Assembly: GCA_051294375.1 (NCBI GenBank)
Contig: CM119267.1
Span: forward strand, 106,407 to 166,232
Length of the DNA: 59,826 nt
Direction of reading: 5' to 3'
DNA from: Paraspadella gotoi
Taxonomy: Eukaryota; Animalia; Chaetognatha
Numbering within the stretch: the first letter of the stretch is position 1; each line of letters opens with the position of its first letter. Position numbers and translations under genes: made by a program. Below, in pieces: positions 1 to 11,842 of the stretch. A model generated the notes under the pieces. That model was given only the letters and a program-made list of their open reading frames with translations. It did not search any database and had not been told where the DNA came from.

Positions 1-530
1 ATGAACATACACTCTCCCATCTATAACCTTAATGATCATACACTCTCCCATCTATAAACCCTTAATAAGATCGAACACTCTCTCATCCTATAACCTTTAA
101 TGATCGAACACTCTCCCATCTTATAACCTTAATGATCAAACACTCTCCCATCTATAACCTTAATGATCGAACACCTCCCCCATCTATAACCTTAATTATC
201 TCAACACTCTCCCATCTATAACCTTAATGATCGAACACTCTCCCATCTATAACCTTAATGATCGTACACTCTCCCATCTATAACCTTAATGATCGAACAC
301 TCTCCCATCTATAACCTTAATGATCACACTCTCCCATCTATAACCTTAATGATGTACACTCTCCCATCTATAACCTTAATGATCGAACACTCTCCCATCT
401 ATAACCTTAATGATCGAACACTCTCCCATCTATAACTTAATGATCGAAACACTCTCCATCTATAACCTTATGATCGAAACACTCTCCCATCGTATAACCT
501 TAATGATCGAACACTCTCCCATCTATAACC
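1..530. repeat. 31-bp tandem repeat (TGATCGAACACTCTCCCATCTATAACCTTAA), about 17 copies, probably intronic
   Basis: The unit is directly visible and shifts 1 nt per 30-nt column. The start of ORF 410..706 is only its translation. Confidence 0.95.
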
Positions 531-567
531 TTCTCCCCCCCATCCCTACACATCCTCCAACCACAAC

Positions 568-915
568 CAGGACGTTGTCCTCGACACACTCGGCGAACCC
601 GCAGCGACGCTCTGCTCTCTCGCCATTCTCGCGTATTGCTTCGGCAGTTGCGTCGTCGTTCTCATCGTCGTCGGCGACCTTTGGGACAAATTCTTTCTCT
701 CTCTGACCTACGACCCGACGTTTTGTCGCTTTTTCTACTACGATCGCAGCTTCACGATCCTGGCGTCGGCTTTGATAATTATCCTCCCCTTTTGTTTTCC
801 CAAAAGAGTGGATTTTCTCAAGTACGCCTCGGCCGCTGGCGTCGCCGCCAACGCGTACATCGATTTCTTGTTGGTCTATTTGTACTACAAGGTAATTTTT
901 GGATATCTCACTCTC

Positions 916-957
<42 letters not shown>

Positions 958-3900
958 TCTCTCTCTTTAGTTATTAGAGTTTTTAAATTTATTTAGCGTT
1001 TAATGGCAAAATTATCATTCAATAATTAATTTTCTCTCTCCCCCTTCCCACTGCTTCTCACCCCATACCTCCCATACTTCCTCTTTCTTCCCCTTCTCCC
1101 TCTCCCCCCTGTTTCTCCTCCTAACACCCCCTTCCTCCCACACTTCCTCTTTCCCCCCCTTCTCCCTCTCCCCCTCTTTGTCCTCCTCCAAGGGCGACTA
1201 CGCCTCCCACGCCGGCGTCATCAAAACTTCCCCAGACACATGGACTGATTCGTTTCTGGTTGCACCGACCATCTTCTTCGCTTACAGTTGCCACTTGGCC
1301 GCGGTACCGATTTACTCTTGTCTCGAGCGAAAGACGACTGGGGAATTTCTCAAAATTGTTGCGGTCGCAATGATAGTTTGCGCCGTCGCTTACTCGGTCG
1401 CTGCCTCTTATGGATACTGGACTTTCGGATCGAAGGTTAAGAGGCTCTCTTTTCGCAAAGCGCCTCATTTCTGTTCCTTTATTCCTCAATCTTAAGAAAT
1501 TGGTACAACCCAATACATGAATTATCCATTCATTTAATAAATAAGCTAGCTTGCCCCTGACTTTGGACAGGCTTTGGTGATTTAAGGCCTCCATCACTCT
1601 TACAAGATAATGACATAGCAAGTTTCAATCAAGACTCTCTCACAGTCTCATTTATTCACTCCCAGAGTATCTGGCTTCCCTATCAATAAAGTGGTATATT
1701 ATTCAGAAGAATGTTTCAATTGCATAAAGGACCACTCCCTTAAGTATTTGATCGGTTAATATTATATTGTACTCAAGACTAGCATCAAAAATTAAAATAA
1801 AAGGAGCTGATCCACAATGTTTTATTTTGAAAAAGGGCCTCCAGGTTAACGCCCTGCTCCTTCCTCGGTCCGCCTATCTCTTCTTTATTTCTTTCACTAC
1901 TTTTCACAACATTTTCTTCACCTCCCCTCTTTTATTAAAGGTGAAGACGGACATCTTGAGCAACTACGACGCCCACGACCCGCTCGTCATGGCCGCCCTC
2001 GTCGCCGAAGTCTTCAAAGTCTGCACGACTTATCCGCTCAACAGTTTCTGCGGTCGCGCGGGTGTTGACTCTCTGTGGACGAGAGCGAGAAGAATGAGTG
2101 ATGAGAGAAAAGAAAAGGGAGAGAGGAAGAGGAGACTATTTCAGGTTATATGTCCTTTTCTTTTCTTTTCTTTTCTTTTCTTNNNNNNNNNNTCTTTTTT
2201 TTTTCTTTTCTTTTCTTTTCTTTTTTCTTCTTTTCTCTCTTCTCTTCTCTTCTCTTCTCTTCTCTTCTCTTCTCTTCTCTTCTCTTCTCTTCTCTTCTTC
2301 CTTTCTTTCTTTACGAAATTTTTAATTTTTATTCGCTTCAATCAAAAATCCGTCTTGAAATAACATTTTGATAATGTTATTATTAGTAACAGGTCTCATA
2401 ACAGAATCTTTCCAAATAAACAACAACACCAGAAATTTAAAAAAAAGAATATCAACTGCTTTTCATATAAAAAAAAACAAAACAACTCTGTTCAAAGATG
2501 AAATAAAACTGACAATTGCATTTATCTTTCTCTTTCTCCACCTCCCACCTCCCATCTCCTGCTCCCGCTCTCCCTCCCTCTATCTTCTCCCTTTCTCCCC
2601 ATCCCTCTTTTCCCTCTCTCTCCTCCCTTCTCCCTCTCCCTCTCTCTCTCTCCTCCCTCTCTCCTCCCCTCCTCCTCCCTCTCTCCTCCCCTACTCCCCC
2701 CTCTCTCCCCATCCCTCTTTCCCCTCTCTCCTCCCCTTCTCCCTCTCCTCTCCTCTCCTCCCCCTCTCTCCCCCTCCTCTCTCCTCCCCTCCTCCCTCTC
2801 TCCTCCCCTACTCCCCCCTCTCTCCTCCCTCTCCCTCCCTCTCTTCCCCTCCCTCTCTCTCTCCCCTCCCTCTCTCCCCCTCCCTCTCTCTTCTCTCCTC
2901 CTCCTCCCTCCCTCCTCCCCAGGTCTCCCTCTGGTTTCGGCCTCACCCTCTCAATCGCCCTCTACTTCCCCGAGGTGAGTTTCCTCGTCCCCACCCTCGG
3001 ATCTCTCTCCGTCATCTTCGTCGTCGTCTTCCCCGGACTCTGCCTCCTTCAGGCTTCGTTGAAGGAAGCGGAGGGTGTCAAAGGCTGGAGGAGTTGGGGG
3101 AGGAAGAGGAAGAGGAAGAGGAGAGGAGAAGTGAGGAGGAAGGAGGTGCAGAGGGAGAAAGTGGAGGTGCGAATTAAGGAGGTGGCGGTTAGGATAAGGA
3201 GGCTACAGGTGCAAATGAAGGGAATGAGAAGAAGCGAGGAGACGCCGGTCGAAGGAAGGCAGGTGCGAGAGGAATCGATGGAGATGCAAGGGGGAAAGGA
3301 AGCGGAGGTGCGAATGAAAGATTTGGAGGTGCAGATGAACGAGTTGGAGGTGCAAATGCGGGTCCAGATGCGTTCGGAGGTGTCAAGGATGAGGAGAACG
3401 AAGGAAGAGGAGGACGAAGAAGAGGAGGAATTGTCGTCGTTGGATTCTTTCGAGACGGATTCTCTCTCTCTTCCCTCTCTCCCTCCTCCCTCTTCTTCTT
3501 CCTCCCTCACTTCCTCTCTCAAAGATCGTCTCAAATTATCCGCCATGATTTCCTCTTCCCTCTTCCTCCTCATCTTCGGCGCCTTCATCCTCGGTGTCAT
3601 CCTTATGAACGGATTCGTCGATGTCAGGACTAAACCGCCTCTTTGCGTCGCGTCGGTCAAAGTGGCGGGAGAAAAGTCGGGAGGAGAATCGTGGAGAATG
3701 GCGAAGGTCGGGTCGGCTTTGTCGGCCAGAGTCAATTCGTCCGCTTCGTCGAAATTGTCGGCTGCATCAACTTTGTCGGTTTCTTCCGCTTTTTCGTCAA
3801 CAACAACATCAACTTTGTCAGCTTCATCAACTTTGTCGGCTGCATCAACATTGTCGGTTTCTTCGACTTTTTCGTCATCAACAACATCAACTTTGTCGGC

Positions 3901-4111
3901 TTCCTCGACTTTGTCGGCTTCCTCCTTGAACACTGCATCAGCGTCTACCTCAATCGCTTCCTCCAGCAAAGCGACACAGATTTATACATCAAGGATGTCG
4001 GCAATAACAGCACCAGCAGTGACAAGAACGGTAACAACAGCAGTAACCGAATCAACGATAGAAGCAACAAAATCGGCGTCGGCATTAACGGCCTCATCGA
4101 CAACAGCATAG
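568..4111 (+). CDS. SLC38A7/SLC38A8-like (SNAT7-type) sodium-coupled neutral amino acid transporter, 5' end outside the window; exons ~568-891, 1193-1435, 1941-2144, 2923-4111
   Basis: The spliced translation QDVVLDTLG..AILAYCFGSCVVVLIVVGDLWDK..ILPFCFPKRVDFLKYAS..PTIFFAYSCHLAAVPIY..YPLNSFCGRA..FVVVFPGLCLLQA..FGAFILG aligns in order with recalled SLC38A7 motifs. The phase-0 GT-AG junctions are clean. One extra T at 2935-2937 must be removed (probable sequencing error). Confidence 0.88.
1495..1775 (+). mobile_element. ~290-bp interspersed repeat family (GAAATTGGTACAACCAAT...GCTTTCAATCAAGACTCTCTCACAG...), class unknown (SINE or MITE)
   Basis: Similar copies at ~25828-26020, 26607-26710, 27990-28280, 32135-32440, 33520-33710 and 35116-35405, mostly intronic. 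Confidence 0.8.
2150..2920. repeat. Intronic pyrimidine-rich low-complexity and microsatellite tracts ((CTTTT)n, (CTCTT)n, CT-rich)
   Basis: Directly visible. They explain several spurious ORFs. Confidence 0.9.
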
Positions 4112-4171
4112 ACTCTGATGTCTTCAGCATCGTACTGCGTTATTTCTTGATACTTAATACTGAACTTCATT

Positions 4172-4390
4172 TAAGCCTTATTTTCCCATAACGCCCCATA
4201 ACATCTTAAATTCGGAATTAGAATATTTTTTTGAGTTAATGATTAGTGATTTAAGTTAGGGATTAGGTTAGTGATTAAGGTTAGTGATTAAGTTTAGTGA
4301 TTAAGGTTAGTGATTAAGGTTAGGGTTAGGGTTAGAACTTGATGATAAGGGTTTAGGGTGAGGGTTTAGAATTACCATCTAGGAAAAAAG
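4172..4390. mobile_element. Putative MITE carrying degenerate TTAGGG/TAACCC-like internal repeats
   Basis: The telomere-like array is flanked by a TTTTCCCA..CG.CCCAT motif. The same arrangement recurs at ~27348-27590, 28643-28996, 31483-31719, 37484-37710 and 46718-47515. Confidence 0.55.
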
Positions 4391-4636
4391 TATATCACAT
4401 TTTTAATGGAGGAGATCTAATCAAAAACTTGTTCGATTTTTAAAAAAATCAGAATATTTCCGAATTTACATTACATTTTTTTGGTAGTTTTTTTCCATTT
4501 TTTTGTAGGTCAAATCGTTTAGAAGTTACAGGCAAAAAAAATTATATCTAGTTTTCCACTATTTTAGGTATTTATTTGTTTTTAATTCAAATTGAGTTAT
4601 TTTTTTTATTTTTTTAGTCGGATCTGCTTATCAGCA

Positions 4637-6424
4637 ATCACATTTTCAATTTGAGTTTGATTCACGCCTTTCTGGAATCTTTCTTGCAATTGCTTTTGCA
4701 AACGGCATCGAGTTTTTTCACAAATGATCTTTACGGACGAATTATGTTTGCCCCACCTAGAGAGCAAGTTGACTCATTTATTTATAACCTCAATTGAAGG
4801 AGCTGTTTATGTTTACAAAAACTCAAGTTTAATACCAACAAACTCAAACTGTATTTGTGAGAATGGAAAAGTCTATTATCCAGCTGGGTATGTAGCTGGG
4901 AAATCCGTGATTTCACTTTAATTATTTCCATGGCCATGTCATCAACTTCTTTGATTGGAATTGTTTTAAAACTTCGCAATTCTAAGATTCTGATTTCCAA
5001 CAAAAATCCATTTATCATAACCGCAAGCACTGTTTTGGGATGTGTTCAAGCTACCATGGGCTTTGGATTGGGCCTTTATTTCATATTTTCCTTTACGACT
5101 AAATATTCATTCATTTTTGTTTTATTTTCCTTTTTTAATTTTGCGCGTGTTCACCTTTCAGAACTTGCCTTCTTCATAAAATCTTTAAAGAAAAATGTTA
5201 CCTTTTTTAAAAATCCAATCATTTTCAAAGTAACTGAAAATTCTGCCCAAAGAATTATATTAATATTCCTTAATTTTTTTCTCTTTTCTCTGAGTCAAAA
5301 TTTCCAACTTCACAATTCTATACAGAAACCATATTTTGTAAATTTTAAGCATTGGTTTGCAACTAACGCACACATTCAATGGCGATCACATGTAGACTAC
5401 AAATTACAATATTATAAGAAAAATCATGAGCAAAAAATTGTAAATATTAAAGTTAATTTAAAAAAAAGGGAATTAATGAATGCAATAAGCAACCACTACC
5501 ATATGTTATTGAACTCAAGGCCTTCAATTAATGAGCAGTTATACGAGAATAATTTTGCGCTATTTCTCGGCAATGACACATTATTATTTTTAAGGAAAAA
5601 AATGATTTTCCTCTTATTATCAATTGAAATGATTTTTTGCCTAATTGATATATTTATATTATTAGGTCTTAATAAAAATGTTCTAAAATTTCTTTAGCTT
5701 TCGAGTCCCTTTTATTTTTTTTGGCGTTAATGCTAATCCTTATTAGAACAAACATTCAGACAAAACAGCAAGACCTTTGGCAGCCAAAAAAGAAACAATA
5801 CAATCGGTCACATAATTTGTTATTGGCAAGTTTTTCTCCCCTGGCAATAATATTTTTAATTCTACTCCCAATAAAGAAAATTTTATCTCATCCTAAAAGT
5901 CAAATCTTGCATTGTTTATTGATCATCTCTTCTGCAGTTTTTTTTTTTATCTCTCCCCTTTATAGTATTCTCTTCAATACTTAATGTCACATTCGAGGTC
6001 GACCTATATACAGAAAGTTTTGGAGCTTGCTACAATGGATCGTATCAAGGACGAGTCGTCGCATTTACTTTGGAAGATATATTTGTTATAGGTTTTAGGT
6101 TTTACTTTTACTACGCAATCAATGAAAACTTTTTCTTCTTCTCTCTTTCATTCTTCCCTTTTTTTAATTCACTCTTTGCTATTAAAGTAAAAGGACAACA
6201 AAGAAAATTTGTCAAAATTTTTTTCTAATTTGTATTTTTCTTCTTTTCTATTTGATTCTTTTTGTTTTTTTAGATTATTATAAAACAAACGAAAGAGAGG
6301 TGAAAACAAATATATTGTATCCGCATGCATACCTGAAGCAAATTATTAACTTCTTGGAAGAACTTTATCATTGCTGTTCTAATACTCTCAATTTGTTTTT
6401 CCATCCTTTAAATATTGTTCAAAA
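4637..6424 (+). pseudogene. 3' part of the XK-like multi-pass membrane gene, separated from its 5' part by an inversion
   Basis: Reverse complement of 15621-17402. ORFs 4724, 4930 and 5721 are its frameshifted pieces. Confidence 0.65.
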
Positions 6425-6539
6425 NNNNNNNNNNNNNNNNNNNNNNNNNACATCCTACCTTCATCACTTTATGATCGTCAGTTCACGATTGTCATTTCAA
6501 GATTTTCAATTCACGATCGTCAATTTGTGTTCATTGAGA

Positions 6540-6790
6540 AAATCAGCAGATCCCGACTCTATAATTCACTTTGTCGGTCCGTCGGTCCGCCCTCTCAATC
6601 TGGTTGGGCACTCACTTATATCATGTCAGAACATCGAATTATGATAAGTTATGTCCGTCTGTCGGTCTGTCCGTCCGTCCCATCTTATCAAAAAACACCA
6701 ATTACTCGTGATTGGATGGATGGATTGTGGGTAGGGAAATGTGTTGATTGAGCTGGATTAAAGTTTCGATGGAATCCTGAGAGCAGATAT
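6540..6790 (+). mobile_element. HINE/DINE-1-like (Helentron-associated) non-autonomous element
   Basis: CAGCAGATCCCGACTCTATAATTCACTTTGTCGG head followed by a GTCC/GTCT microsatellite. Related copies at ~14270-14480, 18860-19100 and 34525-35080, with a sister family at 14975-15240, 18110-18370, 26315-26570 and 42235-42520. Confidence 0.55.
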
Positions 6791-7535
6791 GGAAAAAATA
6801 AAAATAACATTAACTTGTTATCGAGCCAGGACAGGCTTCGCCTCTGGTCCTGTCTCTATTAATGTTAAGGCCAGGCTTCTTGTGAAGTCGTCGTCGTCGT
6901 CGGCGTCACGCTGTTTTATTAAAAACTACTACGCTTTATAGGTTTGCTGTGACTTACCGTTTTTTGTATAATAAAAAATTATTATGAAATATGATAAAGT
7001 TTACAAAAGTTTGCGATCATAGTAAGTTAAAAATTTAGATATGGTTTCTCATCTTGAAATACTTTATATTCTTATTACATTTGGATTAAGTATTTTTTTT
7101 TTGAATTTCACTTCATTATGATTTACTGCAATATGCAAATGAGATTATAGTCCTCATAATATCCAAATTAGTATATATAAATGCTTTAATCTTAATTTAC
7201 ATATTGCAGTTATATAATATTGAAGATGAAATTAAAATTTTTTTTTAAAATCTATATAAAAATGGGAACTCAAAGGACCTTTTTAATGAGAAGGCTATAT
7301 CTTAATTTGAATACAAATAAAAATTAATCTTTTACAAGCTATGATTGGAAAAAATTGGAAAAATTTTCAAATTGTAAACAATTGTAACATATTTTTGCCT
7401 TTCTTTATATTTCTTTAAATTATATATTATATATATTTTTTCTTTTTCTGAAAAAACGAGTTCAGGCTCTTGCCAGTACTGTACAGCGCGCCTTCCAGCA
7501 GCTGTCCAGCTTTGTCTCATCTCTCTCTCTCTCTC

Positions 7536-7991
7536 TGTCGGGAAGAAACTTTTCGTGGATTCGTCATCGGCCTTTTATCATCAGTGGATTCATTTACAAC
7601 CGGACATTTCTTCATCTGTGGATTAATACGTTCATTAATTATTCATTAATTATTCCATTGATTGTTCATTGATTGTTCACGATAGTTATTGATCGTTAAT
7701 CTATTTCCTCCTACAGTTATCGTGAATCATTTATAGTATGATAGGAGAGGTGTTGGGTACTTATTCTATTTAAAGGTCATTGTATCATTGTTTTGTGTTT
7801 CCTCTGATTACGAAACAGTGCAGATTCCAGGGTGCTCAGACTGTCAATACACGGCTGCCCGTGATCTATCCTAAACCTATGGTTGTTTCGAGACTTTCTG
7901 CCACGCTGTGACGTTCCGTGTCACCCCCTTTGATCTCTCACCGTCCTCATCACCCATCAGTTAGGGGGTACGCAGGATTCGCCCCCTAACA
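7536..7991. mobile_element. Putative solo LTR inserted in a (CT)n microsatellite
   Basis: 456 bp with TGTCGGG...CCCTAACA termini, TCTC on both sides and an internal TATA-like TATTTAAA. Confidence 0.45.
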
Positions 7992-8365
7992 TCTCTCTCT
8001 CTATCTCTCTGTACGAATCTCTTTGCTGATCGTTTCGTTTTTTTGAGAAAAATTCTGATTATTTTTTTCCTTCTAAAAACTTTTATTATCGCCATTTATT
8101 CCGCGCTTTTTTTCTCAATACAAAATCCCAAATTTACATCTGAGATTTTTGTGGATTTTTTTGAGAAAATGTGAAGAATACTCTTACTTGACCTTGAATT
8201 TCGTGGCCGTCGCAGGGCAACGAGGCTAAACAAGTCAAGGAACATGACCTAATAACGCGCTTTTATGGCAACGTTACGTGTATAAAAAAAAATCAACTTG
8301 ACCGATATAAACGAGAGTGACCTAATATTGCGCTATCATTGCGGGAAAACTCTCTCTCTTTCTTT

Positions 8366-8410
<45 letters not shown>

Positions 8411-8421
8411 TTTTTACAAAA

Positions 8422-8477
8422 CTAGAACCCCGGACCTTTGGGTTGGGAGGCGAATGACTTGCCTCCGGCACCAATGA
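8422..8477 (-). mobile_element. tRNA-derived SINE head
   Basis: The reverse complement TCATTGGTGCCGGAGGCAAGTCATTCGCCTCCCAACCCAAAGGTCCGGGGTTCTAG resembles the copies at 47110-47275 and has A-box and B-box-like motifs. Confidence 0.45.
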
Positions 8478-9496
8478 TTTTAGTCAACCATAATCGCATC
8501 ATTAAATGACTGTCATCACATTTAACATCACAGCTTATGTATGGGAAAACTCCCTTATTTTTCATTTAAAAAAAGAAAGTGAGGCGACTTACCACCGGTC
8601 TCTCTCTCTCAGATATCTGATTAGCTGCTTACTTGCGAAATTATCGTGGGCAGATCCGATATTGTTCGCTCAAACTTGTTTGATTGCCCGTCGCAAATGT
8701 TTAAAATTCATTATCGCTCTATGGTTTGTAGAAAATCCACCAAGAACAGACCGCGAACGGTTCTGTTCCGTTCCGTTTCGTTAAAATACGGTAAAGCCAT
8801 GTTGAAAAAGCGGTTTTTATCTGCCCGCGATCGCGCATGAACAATCCTTTTATTCGATCGAAATCCTCATAAGATAACCTCTATAACCAGTTTTAAAATA
8901 CGGCCCGGATTGCGCTTAAAAACGGCTTTACCGTGCGCGTAAACGGACTACATTCGTATTTGCATGAAATTTAATATAAATGGACTAAATTTATCCCCGC
9001 GCTCTACCTGAAACAGATAGTAAAACAATACAGTTTCTTTCGATGGATTTAGAACCAAAAAAAATGAAGGCTTGACTATGCAGTTTTCACCTAAAAAACC
9101 AGTTCATTTGATTGCTTTATCAAGCATTCAAGATTGCAAAAATTTAAACTTTTCTTTTTTTTATTGTGTAGAGAAGACAATAAGCTATCCGAAACCATAC
9201 AGATATGTATGATTTGTTCTATTTTACAAAAGATCGAGCAGGTTTTTTGGGAAAGGGAAAAAACGACCTAACCAGTCCTATTTAAATACCATTTTTGGGC
9301 ATGACAAAGTGGAAATTTCGATCGCGCTCTACCTCCGTTGGTTTCCCAAGACGCCAAGCTTTCAAAATCTGCCCATATTGATATAACTTTTTGGGGCCGT
9401 GACTATGCAGTTTTGAATAGAAGTGAATATAAAGGAATCTTGATCGGAACTTCGATTCGAAACGATGCGCAGCCCTAGATTATTGGAGTCGGAATC

Positions 9497-9888
9497 TTTC
9501 TTTTAATTGCAGAACGATGGGTCTGATACGACTTTGTCGTTTCTATGTTTTGAGGTATAGCCGCTCGTCCAATTGCGTGACAAAAAATTGTTAATGTTTT
9601 TCGTCCTGGTGTTTTCCAAAGAAGTGGGTAGTGACTTTGATGCTTGATGATAATTATTAATCCATATATCATGGAAACAAGGCAACAATTAATGAACACG
9701 GCCAAGAGCAAAAATCCAAGAATTTTAATCACTTGATTGTGCGACTGTAAATGAAATACAATGGCCCTTATATCGGTCAAAGTGTCCACAATTTCTAAGA
9801 CAGTCGCTATAAGTCCCGCAAATTTAAGATACATTTTTTTGTTCAAAAAAACATCAATAATGGAAATTGTAAAATATTCAGGAGTCAA
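9497..9888 (-). pseudogene. 5' part of the XK-like multi-pass membrane gene, truncated at the inversion breakpoint
   Basis: 9497-9941 is a direct repeat of 17403-17844. The translation matches up to ..RSAIKRK and then runs into repeat sequence. Confidence 0.65.
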
Positions 9889-9966
9889 AATATTTTTTTT
9901 TAAATAATTTTATCTATTTCAGATGGAGGTGAAATGAATAGNNNNNNNNNNNNNNNNNNNNNNNNN

Positions 9967-11842
9967 GCGACCCAGTCGTAAGCGGTATCCATGGGGTCGA
10001 TTACGGAAACAACAAACCTGAATTTTAACTACATTGAAGTAAAATTCGAATTATTAGCAATCTGAGCTAAAGCAATTACTATTTTTTTTTAAATTATTTT
10101 AATGTGCATATTTATATCTTCTTCAAAAGCAGCAGAATTTATAATAGAAAATACAAAAAAAATTATTTTGCTTTGCACTAAGGTTCTCATTATAGGCACT
10201 TGAAAGACCTTTCTCTAGAATTATTTAATTTAATGATTAATAAGGATTCCACAGATGTTCTGAAGACATACATCTATATATATACTCTTATCTTGTACAT
10301 CTTATTAACACTTATTTCAAAACAAACTTAGTCATTGAGGGTAATTAAAAGTTGAACTTGATTTTGTTTGAGGTTCATTAAAAACTCCACCAGCGCATTG
10401 TCCAATACTATGCAACTCTTTTCGCAGGAGTTGATGTCTGAGTAGGAGATTGTTTTCAAATGTTATCCAACGTAAAGCCTTGTTTTCTTGCTTCTCGCAA
10501 TGATCTTGATAAACAACAAAATATTATTTTACTTTTAAAATATTCATAATGAATTTGTCTCCTAGTTATATCCTTTGTTAATCTTTGTTTAAGTTAATTA
10601 GAAAGCAAAGTTTAGTTTTTGAAGTTTTACATTTATTTGATTAAAAAAAGATAATATAATTACCACTTTGTTTGTTTCAGAAGTATAAAACTCCAAACTT
10701 TATATGATATTCATACAAACGAGCATTACTCGGTTTTGTTCTTAACATATTCCGGCCATTGATCCCTTAAGTCTTGTCTGTGGTCATATAGATTTCAAAT
10801 AGCAAGTGTCGTAGAAATACACGTACCCTGTTAAATTGCATATTTTGCTCACTAAACCTTTGTTTTCGCTTTGTTAATTTTAACAACTTTTAGAGATGAA
10901 GAAAGGATAAATATTACGATGCAGCCAAGTGTTTTCACGCAAGTTTTTTCACAAAAATCGTGTTGTCACATCAAGATAGGATTCCTAAATCACCGCCAAA
11001 ATAATCAACATCTTTTTCCTTCTTGCAAAGACCTGAAAAAAAATATATTCAATTAAAACTTTAAAAAAAAAAATTATATAAATTAATTGTCATATTATTT
11101 TATTTGAGTCATAAATATATGTATACCATAGACTTTTTATTGTGAGGGTCAAGATACTTTTTTAAGTGATGAATATATGGATAATTTTCAATTTCAAATT
11201 GATTTTATCAATTTCCGAAAAATTAATTTGCCTTGCAAATTATCAGTTTAGGTTTTTTTTCTTACGCGGATGTCTCTTCTACATTTTCCGGCCGTTGAGC
11301 CCTTGAAAAATTGTTTATTTGTCAATCTTGTTTTGAGAAATAGCAGGCGCCATAGGAAAAGATATAACCTAATGAGATTAATAATAATAAACCTTGGTTT
11401 TAAAAATATATATATTTACTGATATTTTTTCGTTCTTGTGTCCTAACTTTCGCATTTTTCAGTCTTCATGCACTTTTTTTCGGCAAAAGTCAATTTGGGT
11501 ACCGTAGAAGGGTTGACCCAAATTAACCGTAATAATCAACATCTTTTTCTCTTTCGCAAAAACCTTAAAAAAATAAAAAATTTAAGAATTTTCTGGATTT
11601 TCTAGCTAAAGTTTATCGACTAATTAATGAAATAACACAAATTATGAAAAAAGGCCAACAAGACTTAAGTTTTAACATTAATTATGAAATAGGCCCACAA
11701 GACTTAGGTTTAAATATTAATATCACCGCTAGCGCTGCACGTGTGACGCCGCCGACGACGACGATGACGACGAGCAAAAGGTGAGTTCGATCAGAGAGAC
11801 AGGGTAAGTTCCAAATTTGAGTTTTCTTTTGGTCGACCCCAT
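9967..11842 (-). pseudogene. Partial noisy copy (exons 1-7) of PAN gene A inside the inverted duplicate
   Basis: Reverse complement of 21515-23385, cut by an N gap. Likely an allele rather than a true pseudogene. Confidence 0.6.

Noticed and set aside
1-530. CRISPR-like array of 31-bp repeats
   Set aside because: The units are head-to-tail with no unique spacers, there are no cas genes, and the context is eukaryotic.
2931-2940. Programmed frameshift in the SLC38 gene
   Set aside because: It is a single extra T in a short homopolymer, in an assembly full of such indels.
3049-4191. Overlapping long ORFs 3049..3969 (-) and 3643..4191 (+)
   Set aside because: They are shadow frames of a repetitive coding exon and have no independent motifs.
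4240-4370. True telomere or chromosome-fusion site
   Set aside because: The array is short and degenerate, and it recurs inside a dispersed element.
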